NCBI GenBank assembly: GCA_012295275.1
Contig: CM022668.1
Location: 992,001 to 1,056,000, forward strand
Direction of reading: 5' to 3'
DNA: 64,000 nt
From: Chrysomallon squamiferum
Lineage: Eukaryota; Animalia; Mollusca
A program made the translations under genes and the position numbers. Positions 13,801 to 27,544 of this stretch are shown piece by piece. The notes beneath the pieces are model-generated. The model was not told where the DNA came from. It saw only the letters and a program-made list of their open reading frames with translations, and did not search any database. Position 1 is the stretch's first letter, and each line of letters begins with the position of its first letter.

Positions 13801-15822
13801 ATATGATATTACATTTTACTATCACTGAAGAAAGTATTGGTCTTTAAAATGAAATTAACCAGTTTCATGATACATTTAGAATAAAAGATAATCTAAAGTT
13901 TTCAGCTCCAAGCTACTTGCAGTATTTTAAAGAAATAAACACAACTTCCATTTCATACACATGTAAAGCTACATTTTTTATTTGTCACAATATACAAACA
14001 TTTACACAAACATAACAAATAGAAAATTAGCTAAGTGACCAAAAAATGGTCCACATAAATGTAAAGAAAATTATAAAAATTTAACCTTGTGGTGCCAACT
14101 AAGGCACAAAATGAAAAATATTGATAACTTAATTTGACATATAACCACTTATAATATTACTAAATAAACATGACTGAATTAATTAAAAAAATACCTGTCG
14201 TCAGTCATAAATTCAAGTTTCTGAACACATTTTCTGGTTAGTAAAAATAAAAAGCTAATAAATTATTCAAATAAATTAAATTAATACTTTCAAGTGAAAA
14301 ATAATTTTAAAACTTGAAAATATGAAGGCAAAAAAAAAAAATTAAGCAAGTGGAGGGTCATATCCTGTCATTTCACGTAAAGGGTCTGATCCAACTGATT
14401 TTAATAGGGTTGGGATACATTCTGTTCAGTCTGAAATGCTAAAATATAACATTTTATATTTATGAGATCAATACTGATGGAAATAAGGACCTTTGAAATT
14501 GGAAATATTTTGGACAAAACAGCAAGTCAAACAATCTTTAAAGTCCAGTATTGCAGCAACCAGTCAGCCAGAGTTTACAATGATGTTGGTATAGCTGGAA
14601 AGGGAAATCTAATATAAAGATTTGACCTTTGACTGTGTGATCCTTTAGTCAGAATTTACAGAATAGACGATAACAACATAAGAGATACAATATTCTCTGT
14701 AAGTCAGCAACTGCAATCACATATTAAACAGGTTAAAAGCATGCTGGATGCATCAGTCATCTATTACCCATTTCCTTCAAACAAAATATTTAGTTTTTTC
14801 AGCACTGACATGTGTAAGGCACTGAAATGACACCAACATATACAAATCATGCCACTGAAATCCTCACATTCTGAATCCATTAACACAACACTGGATCCAG
14901 CAGACACCAACATGAAATGCAGCTTAGTGATTTGTTTTGCGTCAAATATATTTGTCTCTGAAGTATATGCATATGAATATTTACTTATTGCCAGATTTTG
15001 ATAAGATGCCCACTGAACAGGAAAGGATATTGAAAAAAATGGCATCAGAAAAAGCATCATTTAAAAAAAAAAAAATTAAAAACAAGTTGAAGGAGAGACA
15101 ACTCCCCCTCCAAATCAAAACAAAGATGCATAGGTAAAATGGCAGTGTGAAAATCTAGCAAAACATTGCCCTGAATATATGTTTATTTATTATATTTTTA
15201 TTATTATTATTGATGTAACACAAAGGACATCTTTTAGGAATGAAATGTTTTGCACGACATAAAACTTGTAAGTAAATATTGCATTTGAAACCGAAAGAGA
15301 GCTCCGATTGGTGCCAGCTGCATCAAAAAGGTCTGCTAAGATGTGTTGTCTATAAAACATAAAATGCATGAATTGATGTTGAATATACCAAATGGGTTGA
15401 ACTTGCACAGCTTGGTGATTTGACAAAAACATTTTAACATCTTGCCAAAATCTGCAATGCAGCGAATCGATAAAGCTATCTTTAAAAACATGGGATAAAG
15501 CTGCATAAATAAATCCAAATCAGTGTGCTGTCTGCTTTAGCAGTGGAATATTAATACAAAATGCTGTCAATGCCTGCTGATCTAAGGAACATAACCCCTG
15601 AAAAACAACTGAGACATGGAAAAGTGTCCATAAATGCATGCATATATATATATAAAACTAGTGACATTTTGGAGACAGCTCTTAAATTTAGCATTCATAA
15701 TCACATTGTAAAATAAGAAGAAGAAGCAATAAAGTTTTCACAATGCCATTTAAAAAAAAAAAAAAATTTGAAACCTAGTAGAAGACAGATCAGTTTTAGA
15801 AAGGTCTTCAGAAGCAATTTTT

Positions 15823-15949
15823 ACTGCTTCACAATATCTTGGCAACAACTTCAGAAAAAATGTGCAACACCTGTATGAACAGTAATGACTGACACTTTTC
15901 TTTTTAATCTTTTATCTGATCAGTGCATTTAGGAGCCACAGCAAAACAC
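15823..15949 (+). repeat. Dispersed repeat, copy 1 (diverged direct copy at about 31890-32017)
   Basis: Both loci share ACTGCTTCACAATAT.TTGG...CAACACCTGTAT...TAATGACTGACACTTTTCTTTTTAAT...TCAGTG.ATTT..GG.GCCACA...AAACAC. Confidence 0.85.
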
Positions 15950-18341
15950 AGAAGTATCGCTGTATTGTTTCATTTTAATGGATTAATTTGTATTTTCATC
16001 TAATTTTCTTTTGTGTTTAATATATTCATATTGGTGCTGTTCTGGTTATTATAAAATCAGAAGTGATCTGACATGGAATGACCCTGTGGATATTAACTAT
16101 GTGAAAATAATTTATTTTAACCATGTTATGAGAGCTGTAAGTGATACAAAAAAACAAAACAAAAAAACAACAAAAAAAAAACATCTGTTTTTAAATATGC
16201 AAGGTAAATATTTACATATGTTCACAAGGCAAGAAACTATACAAAATGAAATACTCTATCACAGAGAAAACACAACAGACTAGGTTGTCAGATCATTACA
16301 AATATAAAAAATAAATGATAAGTGGGTTTGACTAAAGTCATACTTTACACAAACAACTGTATTGCAAACTGACAGTATGAACAAACATGCAGGAGTAATG
16401 GTTTTGTGACAAAACTTCACTGAAACAACACTGAATGTATGCACCATTAATTTTGAAAACTGATTTAAAACACCAATTCATAAAAATACTTGCATGAGGT
16501 GAATAAACATCTATATGATTACATATATCTATCTATATCAACAATGTAAAAAATAATACCTATTATAGCTATTTCATGCATAAAACATTCCAGATATAAA
16601 TAACTTAAAAATATGTAAAATATGTCATGATCTATTAATTATTTTTACAATTTGCATAACATAAAATTACACTTGTAGTTACTACTGGAATGTCCTTCAT
16701 CTGTGATAGTGTTCAAACTGATACAAAATGTGTAGTTAAAGCATTTTTCACATAAAGAAAGCGAAGGTACATTTTTTGTATGTGTCAGGGGTGGGGAAAG
16801 TGTATTTCCCAGTTGGTCCCATGTGATCTGTATTGCCACTCCCTAAAACTTGGTGTTTGCTTTAATACTTTTTTGTTTTAAGTTTTTGTGTATAATATTG
16901 TATATGGTGGCATTGTGGATCATTTTTAACTTGCAGGTGAATAAAATGCAACTGTTGTTATGTCATTTGAGTGTAATAGGTTTCTGGCAGAAACTATATT
17001 TTGATACACTATTAATAGTATCACCAAAGACTGGAAGATGATGTATTATTAGTTAAGTATACTTCTTTCACTTTTACCATATCATTTTACCATCCTGGAC
17101 TAGCAGAAAAGGGCATTTCCCCACTCCTGATCATAAGAACAATTTTAATCTTCTTAAGCCTTCTTTGTGTTTTTTTTTTTTTTGCCCCTTCTGTTGTAAT
17201 TCTCTTTACTCAACATTAGATAAATATTACTTCAGTCTTACTGAACAGATTATTAATGGACATCTCTACAAAAACTTTGAGAGCATTCAAGTTAATTGAG
17301 TTCAATAAATAATATACATTCATTCTTAAATGTATTATTAAAGTAAGTTTCATAAACATTTTTAATAACATTTTTTTTTAACTCTTTAGTTTTTCCAAAA
17401 AAAAATGTTATATATAAATTTGATATATTTATTATTTTATCAAAAGTAATGTGCATAAAAAGAACCTAACAGTGCACAAAACCCCCAAAATACTGCAACC
17501 ATATATATATATAATTTAAATCAGTATCACAACTTAAATTTCAAAAAATATGTAAATAATTTAAATATATATATAAATCCCTATTAGTATCTGTAAATGC
17601 CTATTCCTATTTCAACATTTTGATTATCAGACGACTAATAACATGTGAGATGATATGTGTTATGTTTGGTGTTCTTGTTTTGCTTAGTTTTTAAATGATT
17701 CAAATATTTTCTTCTAAAATTATATCTAAAAAATATGTGCAAATTTTAAGAAAATTCAACGTCAATTCCTGAACATTTTTGTCATGAAAATAATTTGTTT
17801 TAAAAATAATAATAAATAATAATGACAGTAATAAAATTAATAAAATATACATTTTAGAAAATTATAAAATGAAGCAAATACCTACATTTTTGATTTGTAG
17901 AATATTTAATTTTAATTTTGGGGGAGTATTTTAATTATTAAATTTTAATTTTTTATTCTTTTTAAAATGATATATCATATAAATAAACAAATAAAAACTA
18001 CATTAAATAAGTGAATAAAAATAATAAACCTTAAGTCATGATGGCATACAAAATAACTTTTTAAAACTAAAAATGCTGTCCAGCAGGTTATATATTTCAT
18101 AAATATATATGTATGTATGTAAGTCACCAAAAGTTAAATAAAAATAAAAGTAACACAAAATTGTAAAATAAAAGCTAATACCCTACCCTAACTATATTCT
18201 GAAAGTGATAAATAATGTAAGTAGAAAAGAATTTTCTGAGATGTGCCAGTCACCAAAAAGAGAACAAATTCTCTATTATGTCCAGTTCATAACAAAACTG
18301 CAGTGGATGTACATTGCACATTACAAACAATACTTTAAATA

Positions 18342-20707
18342 TCAGACAGAGACAAATTCACCAACAGAATCCATGACTATATCAACAAAACTTGAACTGT
18401 TTGCCTTCTCACAAGGCGGCTGTGAGGAGACTTCACTTTCCACGACTGTGTCCACCTTGTTATCTGTGAGCATATTTGTATCAAACAAACTGGTGACGGC
18501 AGAAGTTAATTCTGATGTTGAAGAGTCTGTTTCATTTATGTGACTGAACTCTGAAAGTGCATCAACAAGTTTTTGTGACTGAGAAATGAACTGAGATGAT
18601 GTAGAGTCAGTCTCTATCTGAAACTCATCAAATGTGTTGGCTGAATGTGAGATGGTCTCATGGTTAAGAGTGTCTGCCACGCCAGTGCTGTAATTTTGTT
18701 TATCCATGTGAGAAGAAATGAGTGGGCATTTCTTAGCTAGTTGATCCCTGGTGGTGGTTGTCATGGTTACATAGGTGGAACAGTCTGTTTTGTCAGAAAC
18801 CTGCTCAGCTGGCAGGTTAGGATATGCAGGTTTCTGGATCGGATTTAACATTCCTGAAATTGGTTTAAGTTTTTCATGCGAATTGGAAGAAGAAAGATTT
18901 GTAAAACCAGAGCTCAAATGTGTACATGTCAAAACAGAGCTGTCCTTTGCTGCTAGTGTTGTACAGTAATTGTGATTTCCATCGTCTACAGATGTCACTG
19001 TAGTCAGATTCTGGTATGACTTGGGAAAGTCTGAGCTCTCCAGGGAATTGCTGTTGTCACTGGAACAATCACTGGACTCTGAGTAGGACGTCTCATCTTT
19101 AAAACTGAACACTGAACTAGCTGTTTCAGATGGATAAACCTCCTCTTCATTGTCATTAAACAACATTACTTGAGGAAGAGGTGTGCCAGGCATAGGAGAA
19201 TTAGTAACTGTAAATGATGCACCATTTAACACCTGCTGCCGCTGTTGTTGTTGTTGTTGCTGTTGCTGTTGTTGTGCTTCCATTGTTGCAAATTGAACTT
19301 CTTGCATCATGATATTACACACTTCTGTGTTCTGACAGTCACGACAGCTGCCCTTTTCATTGCTATTGAACATTGAAAGGTCTAAATTATCATCATCTTT
19401 ACAAGAATCAGATTTACCATTCTCTTCCTGACTGAAATTAGATTTACTAGGACTAGCTTTTTTCTCCATTTCTAATCTCATCAAAGTATGGATGAAGTGA
19501 GTCCGCACTCGGATAGGATTGAATTCAATTCGCCCTGCTGTGTTACCACATCCATCTTTACTGCAGCCACAAGGGAATGATAAACGGTCAACTTGGCACT
19601 GAATTCCACCCAGGCTGCAGGCACACGTGTCTGGGTCACAGAACACTTTGCAGTCACACCCACACACCTCCCGTGAAACTCTGATATCACGACACTGGTC
19701 CTTTTCCACATTCTCAATCTTTCTCACACCAGATGAACGAAGCATCATGCGTCTCTGTCTAATTGGTACAGGTTGGAGGAAGAAGTATTCGTCATATTCA
19801 CTGTCTGACTCACTGTCTGATGACACTTCCTGGCTGTCAAGGTCTACAGTGTTAAGAAGTGGACTTGGGTATAGTTTACCTTGACGACGCTGTTCAGCAA
19901 GAATAGCTCGATGTATTCGTTTTTGTTCTTTAGCATAAGCCTTCATAGAGAACTGTTCAGCTGTCAGATGTTTGTCTGCCATACCTAAAATATAACATAT
20001 CTTACCATGTTAATTTGCCACATCTAATATATTTTAATATTAGTTATTCACAACAGTATGGAATCTCTATAGGCAACCTCCCATGGAAAGGAAAAGCTAT
20101 ATCATAGCTTTTGAAAAAACAAGAACAGAAATAAAAGTATGAACTGTTCTAATTTGTTGATATTGTTTGAATGCCAGTTGATAAAATTAACATATTGATC
20201 TTATAACACAAATCTGTTATACTTACCAAGTGTAGATCCACCTTCACTGGGAACACAAATAAAGCCTTGTGTCCGAGGAAAGTAGTATACATTAACACCT
20301 GAAAATTTCACTGATTTCTTTGTCTTCGATTTCTTGTTTGGTTTTATGTCTGAAAATAAATGTAACTTTTTATCAAGTGAAGGTATTAAAAGTATAATTT
20401 CATAATATATTAGTTACTTTACATTCAAAAGAATTTAAACTGCGACACTTTCAAGAATAATGATGATTGTAAAATGAACAAAAACAAAGAAATATATCCA
20501 AATTACAATATTAAACCTGATTTTTTTAATACGTTTGAATATATGAAAGAAAACAAAAGATGAAAATTCACCTTCTTCCTTTGACATTTCTGAGGTTGGA
20601 ACATCAGTACTGCTATCTGTAGCACCACTTTCGTTGCTGCATTCATCACTTTCTGATGTTGGTGGGGTTGATGTCATACCCAATTCATCTAATTTTCTTT
20701 TGGGCAT
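18342..20707 (-). CDS. CSRNP: Cysteine/serine-rich nuclear protein (CSRNP/AXUD1 family transcription factor), complete CDS of about 633 aa
   Basis: Coding exons 20707-20572, 20349-20227 and 19984-18342, joined by GT-AG introns (phase 1, phase 1). Spliced protein: MPKRK, a Ser-rich stretch, [53 protein letters not shown], then [64 protein letters not shown], which is the CSRNP signature domain. Confidence 0.96.
19234..19275 (-). repeat. CAA/CAG trinucleotide tract encoding poly-Gln in CSRNP
   Basis: The plus strand reads (TGT/TGC)n; the protein reads [14 protein letters not shown]. Confidence 0.9.
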
Positions 20708-23700
20708 GATGACACGTTAGCTGTAGCTATGTGCGTCAAGTACAAATGATTATCCCGTAAAAATATCTGAAAAAAAAAACAGTTTATAATTTTTTTTCCT
20801 TTTAATTAGTCTTTACAATTTATGCCAAAAATTATCATTCAAATATATACATATTCTTCATCAAACACTCAAATAATATACAGTGAAACTTCAGTTAGTG
20901 ATGGTGGAAGGAGTCAGCAAAATAGTTTGAAAGTTCAGGGGGTTCAAGTAGTCAGATTTCAGATATTTACTGCAGTTCTGATGGAGAAGTAATGTACCTT
21001 TCATATTTCATGAAGCAATTTCTACATATCTGTTCAAACTATGTAAATAATATATACAACCCAACTGTACTAGAGAAAAACACACATATGTCTCTGTTCA
21101 TTTATTTTGTTTGTATATATACATATGCAAATATATTTATTGATATATAAAACGAGACAAATAATCTGTGCATGTACATACATTATCAAAAAGATAAACT
21201 GAAACACATAACCAGAAATAAATACCAAGTTCACCTATATCCAAATTTCTAACATGGTGGACTGTAATCAATCCTCACTGAAGTGTTAACAACATTAAAA
21301 GTATAGTACAAATTATCTGTACAATTTGTCAAACATTCTGGCCAGTTTGTAAGTAATACTGGTCCAGAAACTGAGAGATTTCTTTTTATCCCTAGCATTT
21401 TTTAAACTTTTCAAAGTTCTGAAATGCTCCTATTCTCATATTTCAGTTGGGTCTTTACAGTTAGCACTTAATTTTAAATAACATTCTTGAACTGATACTT
21501 TGTTTTTAATAGCATATTTGACAAAATACTTTCATTTCACAACAAATATAAATCAGTGAACTTGATCAGTTAACTACATAAGTTCTTTGAAGACTATCTG
21601 TAGTTATGTATTATGTAAAGAAACCCAACACTGTAGAAAAACAAGCAGGCGTATTAACTTTTTTCTAATCAATGACCCACTGTTCTGAATTTACCAAGGA
21701 AGCACTTTGTTTTTGAAGGCTAATTTCTGTTAAAACAGTACTCTGTAAATGACTTCAAGTACCTAGATGTTTTTGACATTATTACTAACTTATATAGGAA
21801 CCCAGCTAGGACAAGACGTTGAGATTGTTACATTGAGGTTTCGAGAAACTTACGTTCAAGTATCCAAATTTGACTACACATAATGTCATTACAAAATCAT
21901 TAAGTGCAACTCAATGCCTTATGCTACAGATTGTGGGACAATGAACCATTCCTTATGTGAAGCAGATTCAAGTTCTCCTACTGTCTGAATTTGTGGATTC
22001 CTCTGAAAAATGTTATGTTCAATGGGACCCTGCTTAATAACTATCACATGAATTAGCTTCAAATCTTGAATGAATTAAGAGAATAAACTGTTTTATCATT
22101 AACTGCAATTTCAAACACATTCAGTGCAATACTGAGTTGAATTTGTATTTGGCATTTATATGACAGCTATAAAACAGCATGTTTCTTTAGTACTTGACTA
22201 GCTGTGTTATATGTGCATTTTTTATAATTTTTATTAATGCTATTACATTCAGTTGTTTCTCCATTTTCAATTTCTTGTCATTGTTACATTCAGACTTGTA
22301 CATACACATCTACGTTTTGTTGTTGGACGTGTTAATATGAAATTTACACATATGTATCATTACATGTATATAGAAACAAGTTCTCTTTCAAACCAAAAAA
22401 TTACTGACATAATTTTCTGTCATTACTGACCTATAAGAGTACAGAAAAATATCTTGATTTCACAGACAAAACTTCCTGTTGAGATGCTAGAGGTTATGAC
22501 TCTCTGTCTGGTGGTTGGTCTATCATACAATGCCTTGAAATACTTTGAAATTTGTTATTCATTTAAGATTTATTTATGGACCTTCCAACACAGTTTGAAA
22601 TTCATTTTCCCTGAAGTCAATAGATTTGCTCTTGGTTATGAAATCTAAATATACATGAGAGAAAAGTTTAAAAATATGTCAAGTTAGCCTTGAAATTATG
22701 TTTGAAATAGGAAAGAAAACTTTAAAGTCCATCACAGAAAGACATGGGTGCAGTAACATCCCATCATATTCCCATAAATCAAGAAAAGCTGATACTACTT
22801 ACTTATTCAGCTTCTTTAGCACAAAATGTAGTTTCACAAATTCTATGAAGTAGTGAAGATGCTGTAAACAAGGAAAAACTACTAAAATCAGATAACAATT
22901 GCAGTTCTTCAGTATTTACTCTTTGTTCAGTTCTTGAGCTATTTTCAAGAAAAATCTATTCCAATTCATGAGGCAACATCTTCAAAAATAAAGATATGTT
23001 TTCAGTTTTCCCGATTTTCTGAAATAATATTTCCAGAAATTAATGGAAGATAAAAATCACATCTGCAGTGTTGACAGAGACAGCCTTAGTAGGGTTGATA
23101 GAGGCAGCCAATATAGAAAAACAAAATAAGGCCCTCAAATTGAAACAGGTGTTTGCCACAGCACCGGACATAAAAGGAATTTTTGTTTCCACTACCTCAC
23201 CATTTAGGATGGTCATTCTGGCAAACAGTGAAGAAAAGCCAATCCAAGTTAATTATTGGTGGGTAGTTCAGTGTGATAATGAACTCCTTCCTGGAGAGGT
23301 AAAGCAAATTCATGATAGGAATTCAAGTGACTATTATGCAACAAGCTAGTACCACTTGGAAATGGCCATCCCTCATATACAATTATTCAACATTCTTCTT
23401 ACAGATATACAGTTTTCAGGCTACATTATAACTGACGGTTTTTGACAGCCATGTCCAAGGATAAACATTTATTTGCACAATTTATAAAGTTCAGGCAATT
23501 TTGAAATAATGTTAAGTTTGTTTTTACCATTTTCTTTTGTTTTAATGTCTGTCATGGACATATTTCTGATTATCCTTCAAACAATAAATATTCCCAATAT
23601 TTTTTCTCTCTTGACACAAAATAGATTTGAAAACTTAAAGTATCTTACATAGAGGCAAGTTTTTCTGGTAAAATGGCCAATTGGAATGACCTCCAACTTC

Positions 23701-24511
23701 TTTGAATATAACGTCCTCATGGATTTGCCCGTTTCCCGTCATGGCAGATATATGAATAAGTAAACATATTTTAAGATACTTTATCTTTTTATTTCATTAG
23801 CTTATTTACTGGTATGTGAAAAGTATTATAAATGTTTATTATCATTGATAGTGGATTAGTTTATTTTTACTAGGTCTCAGCCATGTTTGCCATTTCTGTT
23901 TTTAATTTATTTATAAATCTAATACTTACAACATCTGCATTTGTTGTGTTTTCTTTTTATATTTTCTTCTGTAACAGAAGAGCTACCAATGTCCTCCTCT
24001 GAGTGTACTGTACAGAATTGTAAATAGTAAGTTGATATATTTCACGTAAGATACAAAGAAATTAATTTTCTATTATAAACAATGTTTCCTTTTCTTTCTT
24101 TTTTTACATAATAAAAAATGAAATTAAATAAATAAAATAATTTTCAAAAATAAACATTCATGATTGTTTTTTCCATCACTATATATTCAAATATGTATCT
24201 AGACATATACATATACTGAGAGAAAGAGAGAGAGATACACAAAATAGTAAAATTGGTTAATCTGAACTAAGAGTGATGTAATTAATATGATATCCAGGAA
24301 TATTATACAGATGAAATGTTAATATAAACATACTTATAATAAACTTACCATTAATCCACAACATTTACGATTTAACAATAAAACTTAAGTTCTTATCATT
24401 ATTAATAGAACATTCAAAACATTAAGTAAACACTTTTTCTACCCCTTTGCACTGCCAAATATCCCATTTGCCCCTGCTGACAACCATCCTAGTTACTGGC
24501 TGGCAAAGCTG

Positions 24512-24525
24512 GTTGCCATGGAGAT
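24512..24525. promoter_or_regulatory. RFX X-box-like motif in CSRNP intron 1
   Basis: GTTGCCATGGAGAT resembles the X-box GTTNCCATGGNAAC and sits in a locally GC-richer patch. Confidence 0.35.
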
Positions 24526-27103
24526 ATGTCCCAATTCTCTAAGATTTCAGATCATAGAGCCCTAGTCCATTGAGAAACACAGTAACAAAATCAATAATTC
24601 CTTGTTGTTAACTCAACAGAGCTGATAGTTGATCAATATGGTGAAGGGACTCAAAATAGAAGTTTCATAATCACACATATTTGGGGGCATCATTTCCCAA
24701 CTGAAATTATCAAACTAGTGACCAGATTTAAAAAATTTAGGTCATTTAAGTTTAGATTATTCAACTCATTTCTTTTAATTTAAGATTTATTATTATGCCT
24801 TTTAATTAAACTGTAAAAATTCATTGAAGTATTTTCTTATAAGCAGATATATGGACTTCAGATACCATATCACTTGAAGTAAAATAAATGGTTGTTACTG
24901 AAATGTAATTTATACTGTATAACACAGCTGAGGAAAAGTATTTTTGCCAGTTGGTCCAGAGTATCCATAATTTCTGGTTATAACTCAACCTTATTAGTCA
25001 GTCTCAGAAAATTTGGGTTAAAAACTGTCTCCATTTTACTCTTATACATGTTTTAAACATGTTAATAATAATAATTTCCAATAAATACAGCATATTAGTT
25101 TTGTTTTTGAAAACAGTTTAATCTGTTTTCTTAATATGTGTAATATATGATATTTTAAAGGAAAAAAGAAAGGTTGAATTTTAATTCACTGGTATGTAAA
25201 CAAAATGGAAGTATTTTATACTGTGTTGAGTAATAATAAATAGGAAATATTTGTCTGTTTCATTGACCCATTTTTTCACAGTATATGCATTATCTGACAA
25301 AGTATATATATATAGAGAGAGAGAATTTTGTGAGAAATTAATATTCCTTGTGTATATTAGCTGGTGTCACAATTGTAAACTGCTCTTTTATCAGTGCACA
25401 TCTATTAAACGTTTACTTAAACTAATAAAGTACCAGATACCCAACTCTCCAAGTATGTGAACTGAACCAAAACTAACCTGATCAAGGGATCAAACTTCAG
25501 ATATATCTAAACATGTTTTTAATCAAGAAAGACAATAAATTAATCATTATCTAGACTACAGTCAATATATATATGTTAGTAACAATTTATTTTTAAAGTT
25601 TTTCTATGAATGTTTTCATTTTTTACATATTATATGAAGAACATTAATATACTTCATACAATCAATAATACCTTGATAACAGCAACACTAACTATCAGAC
25701 CCTTTATATTGTCTATTAAAAGAACAGCCAGTAATGAATATGTACGAAATACATTTAGTTGTTTATATATGTGTGTATATATATATACTTCAATGAAAGC
25801 CTTTGTTTTATAAATTTATTCAAAACCTATCAAATGACTAAAAATGAAATTGCTTAAAAGCATTGACCCCCCCCTCAGTGTCTTCATTCTTATTAACAAA
25901 TGTTTTTATTCTCCCTTTTTGCTTGAGCAGGAATTAGGCTACAAATTAATTAAAACAAAGGATCTACAGAATGTTACCTGTCAGTAATTAAGGGCTTGAA
26001 AAGACGATAGTTAATTCTGTTGTAAAATTCAATGAATTCACTAAAAACAGAGCATCATCCAGTCAGCAATGACATTTATTATGCTTCTGGCCAACAGTGC
26101 CTATGATTAAAGAAAATATTACTACTTGCCTTTTAAAAACCATTGTTAGTAACAAATTTTGCCTGAGGTCATTTAAAAACTTTTTGCTGCAAATATCACA
26201 AATATATTACTTCTAACCAAAATAATACCATAATTATTATGTATAGTCTCTTTGTGTTTTTGTTGATTACTAAGTAATTCTATATAAAGTTATAAACATT
26301 GCAAAATATATACTTTCATTCACTCTTTTTCAAATCCTTCTACTAAATGACAATACCATAATTTTGTAGTATAATCATAAACCATCAAAATTCTAAATAC
26401 ACAGGATGCTGCTGACAACAGTTACAAACATTTGCCTAAATTGATTTTGATACAGATATCATTTATTGGTATTTTTAAAAATAGCTTCTTTGGTAACCAT
26501 TCTCAGTCATTTTGTTGAAATCATTCTTAATGTCATTGCTGAGAGATGTCTAATAAAAAGAAATTAATATGTTGACATCTTTGACTGTTCACCATTTCTT
26601 AGTCTAAGGATAAATTATATCGGTGTAAAATGTGCAATATAAATTACATATTATGCACATCACCCTCCCTTTTGATACTCTACTTAGGGGAGTACTATCT
26701 GAACTAAAACATTCCTATGATAATGTCAAACTACATCAAACCTTCTCAAACTTTATTTTAACTGGGTTAGCATTTGGATTATTCAGTCTATTGTACTTTA
26801 TTTATTAACCATTCCTCAAATGACTTGAAATGTAAACAAAGGATTGTTTTGATTGTAAAAATAAAGAATGTTTCAGTTTCTCTACACTTTTAAAGCTTTC
26901 GTTTATATCGTTGTCTTTCGTCAGTTTAATAAAATCAACTTCAGTTGATCGAAGATACAATGAAGAGAGAAAAAATAACAATAAGTATTAAAGGGATGAA
27001 AGGCTGAAGAGAAATCCACTTCGTCGACTCAACAGAATTTCATCTAACAATTACAATATGACCGTCTTGTGTCTAGTCATCAGGATAATAATATTATACT
27101 CAC

Positions 27104-27170
27104 CAAAATGCTCGCACATACTGAGTTAACGGGAAATCGCGTCGTCGGAAACAAGCCTAGTGGATGTTTA
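27104..27170 (-). other. CSRNP: Putative non-coding first exon of CSRNP (5' boundary approximate)
   Basis: Minus-strand donor TTG|GTGAGT (plus ACTCAC 27098-27103) inside a CpG-retaining island. The matching acceptor (poly-T..CAG) is at plus 20767-20779, 59 nt upstream of the ATG. Confidence 0.6.
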
Positions 27171-27497
27171 ATTGCTCTATGCACAATCAAGACTCAAGCC
27201 ACTATAATACGGGTGAATTAATGGGCTTCTCTAAAGGACTTGATAATCTATGCGTGACCTTCTCAATCGCTAAAGCACCCAACCTCGTTTTGAGAATCAT
27301 GGATTAATAGAACAGAAACAAATAGTACATGATTAAGATAGTTTATTTGCATAGTTTCTAGAACCACCTGCACTATACTAAAAAGATATCACTTATAATA
27401 CCAAAATGACATCGAAAAAGCGTAAGAACAGTAAGAAAGTCCACATATTTACATAATATTAATGCGCTGTGCACAGTTCTCAATTTTCTGGTATGTT

Positions 27498-27544
27498 TGA
27501 CGTCACGGAAAAAGTCATGTCTGTATTCACAAAGCCATATATGG
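27498..27544. promoter_or_regulatory. CRE (TGACGTCA, 27498-27505), Ets-like CGGAA (27506-27510) and CArG box (CCATATATGG, 27535-27544) upstream of CSRNP
   Basis: Perfect consensus matches 29 bp apart, about 330-370 bp upstream of the putative first exon. Confidence 0.65.

Noticed and set aside
18205-19884. Plus-strand and alternative-frame ORFs overlapping the large CSRNP exon
   Set aside because: Shadow ORFs expected opposite a GC-richer coding exon.
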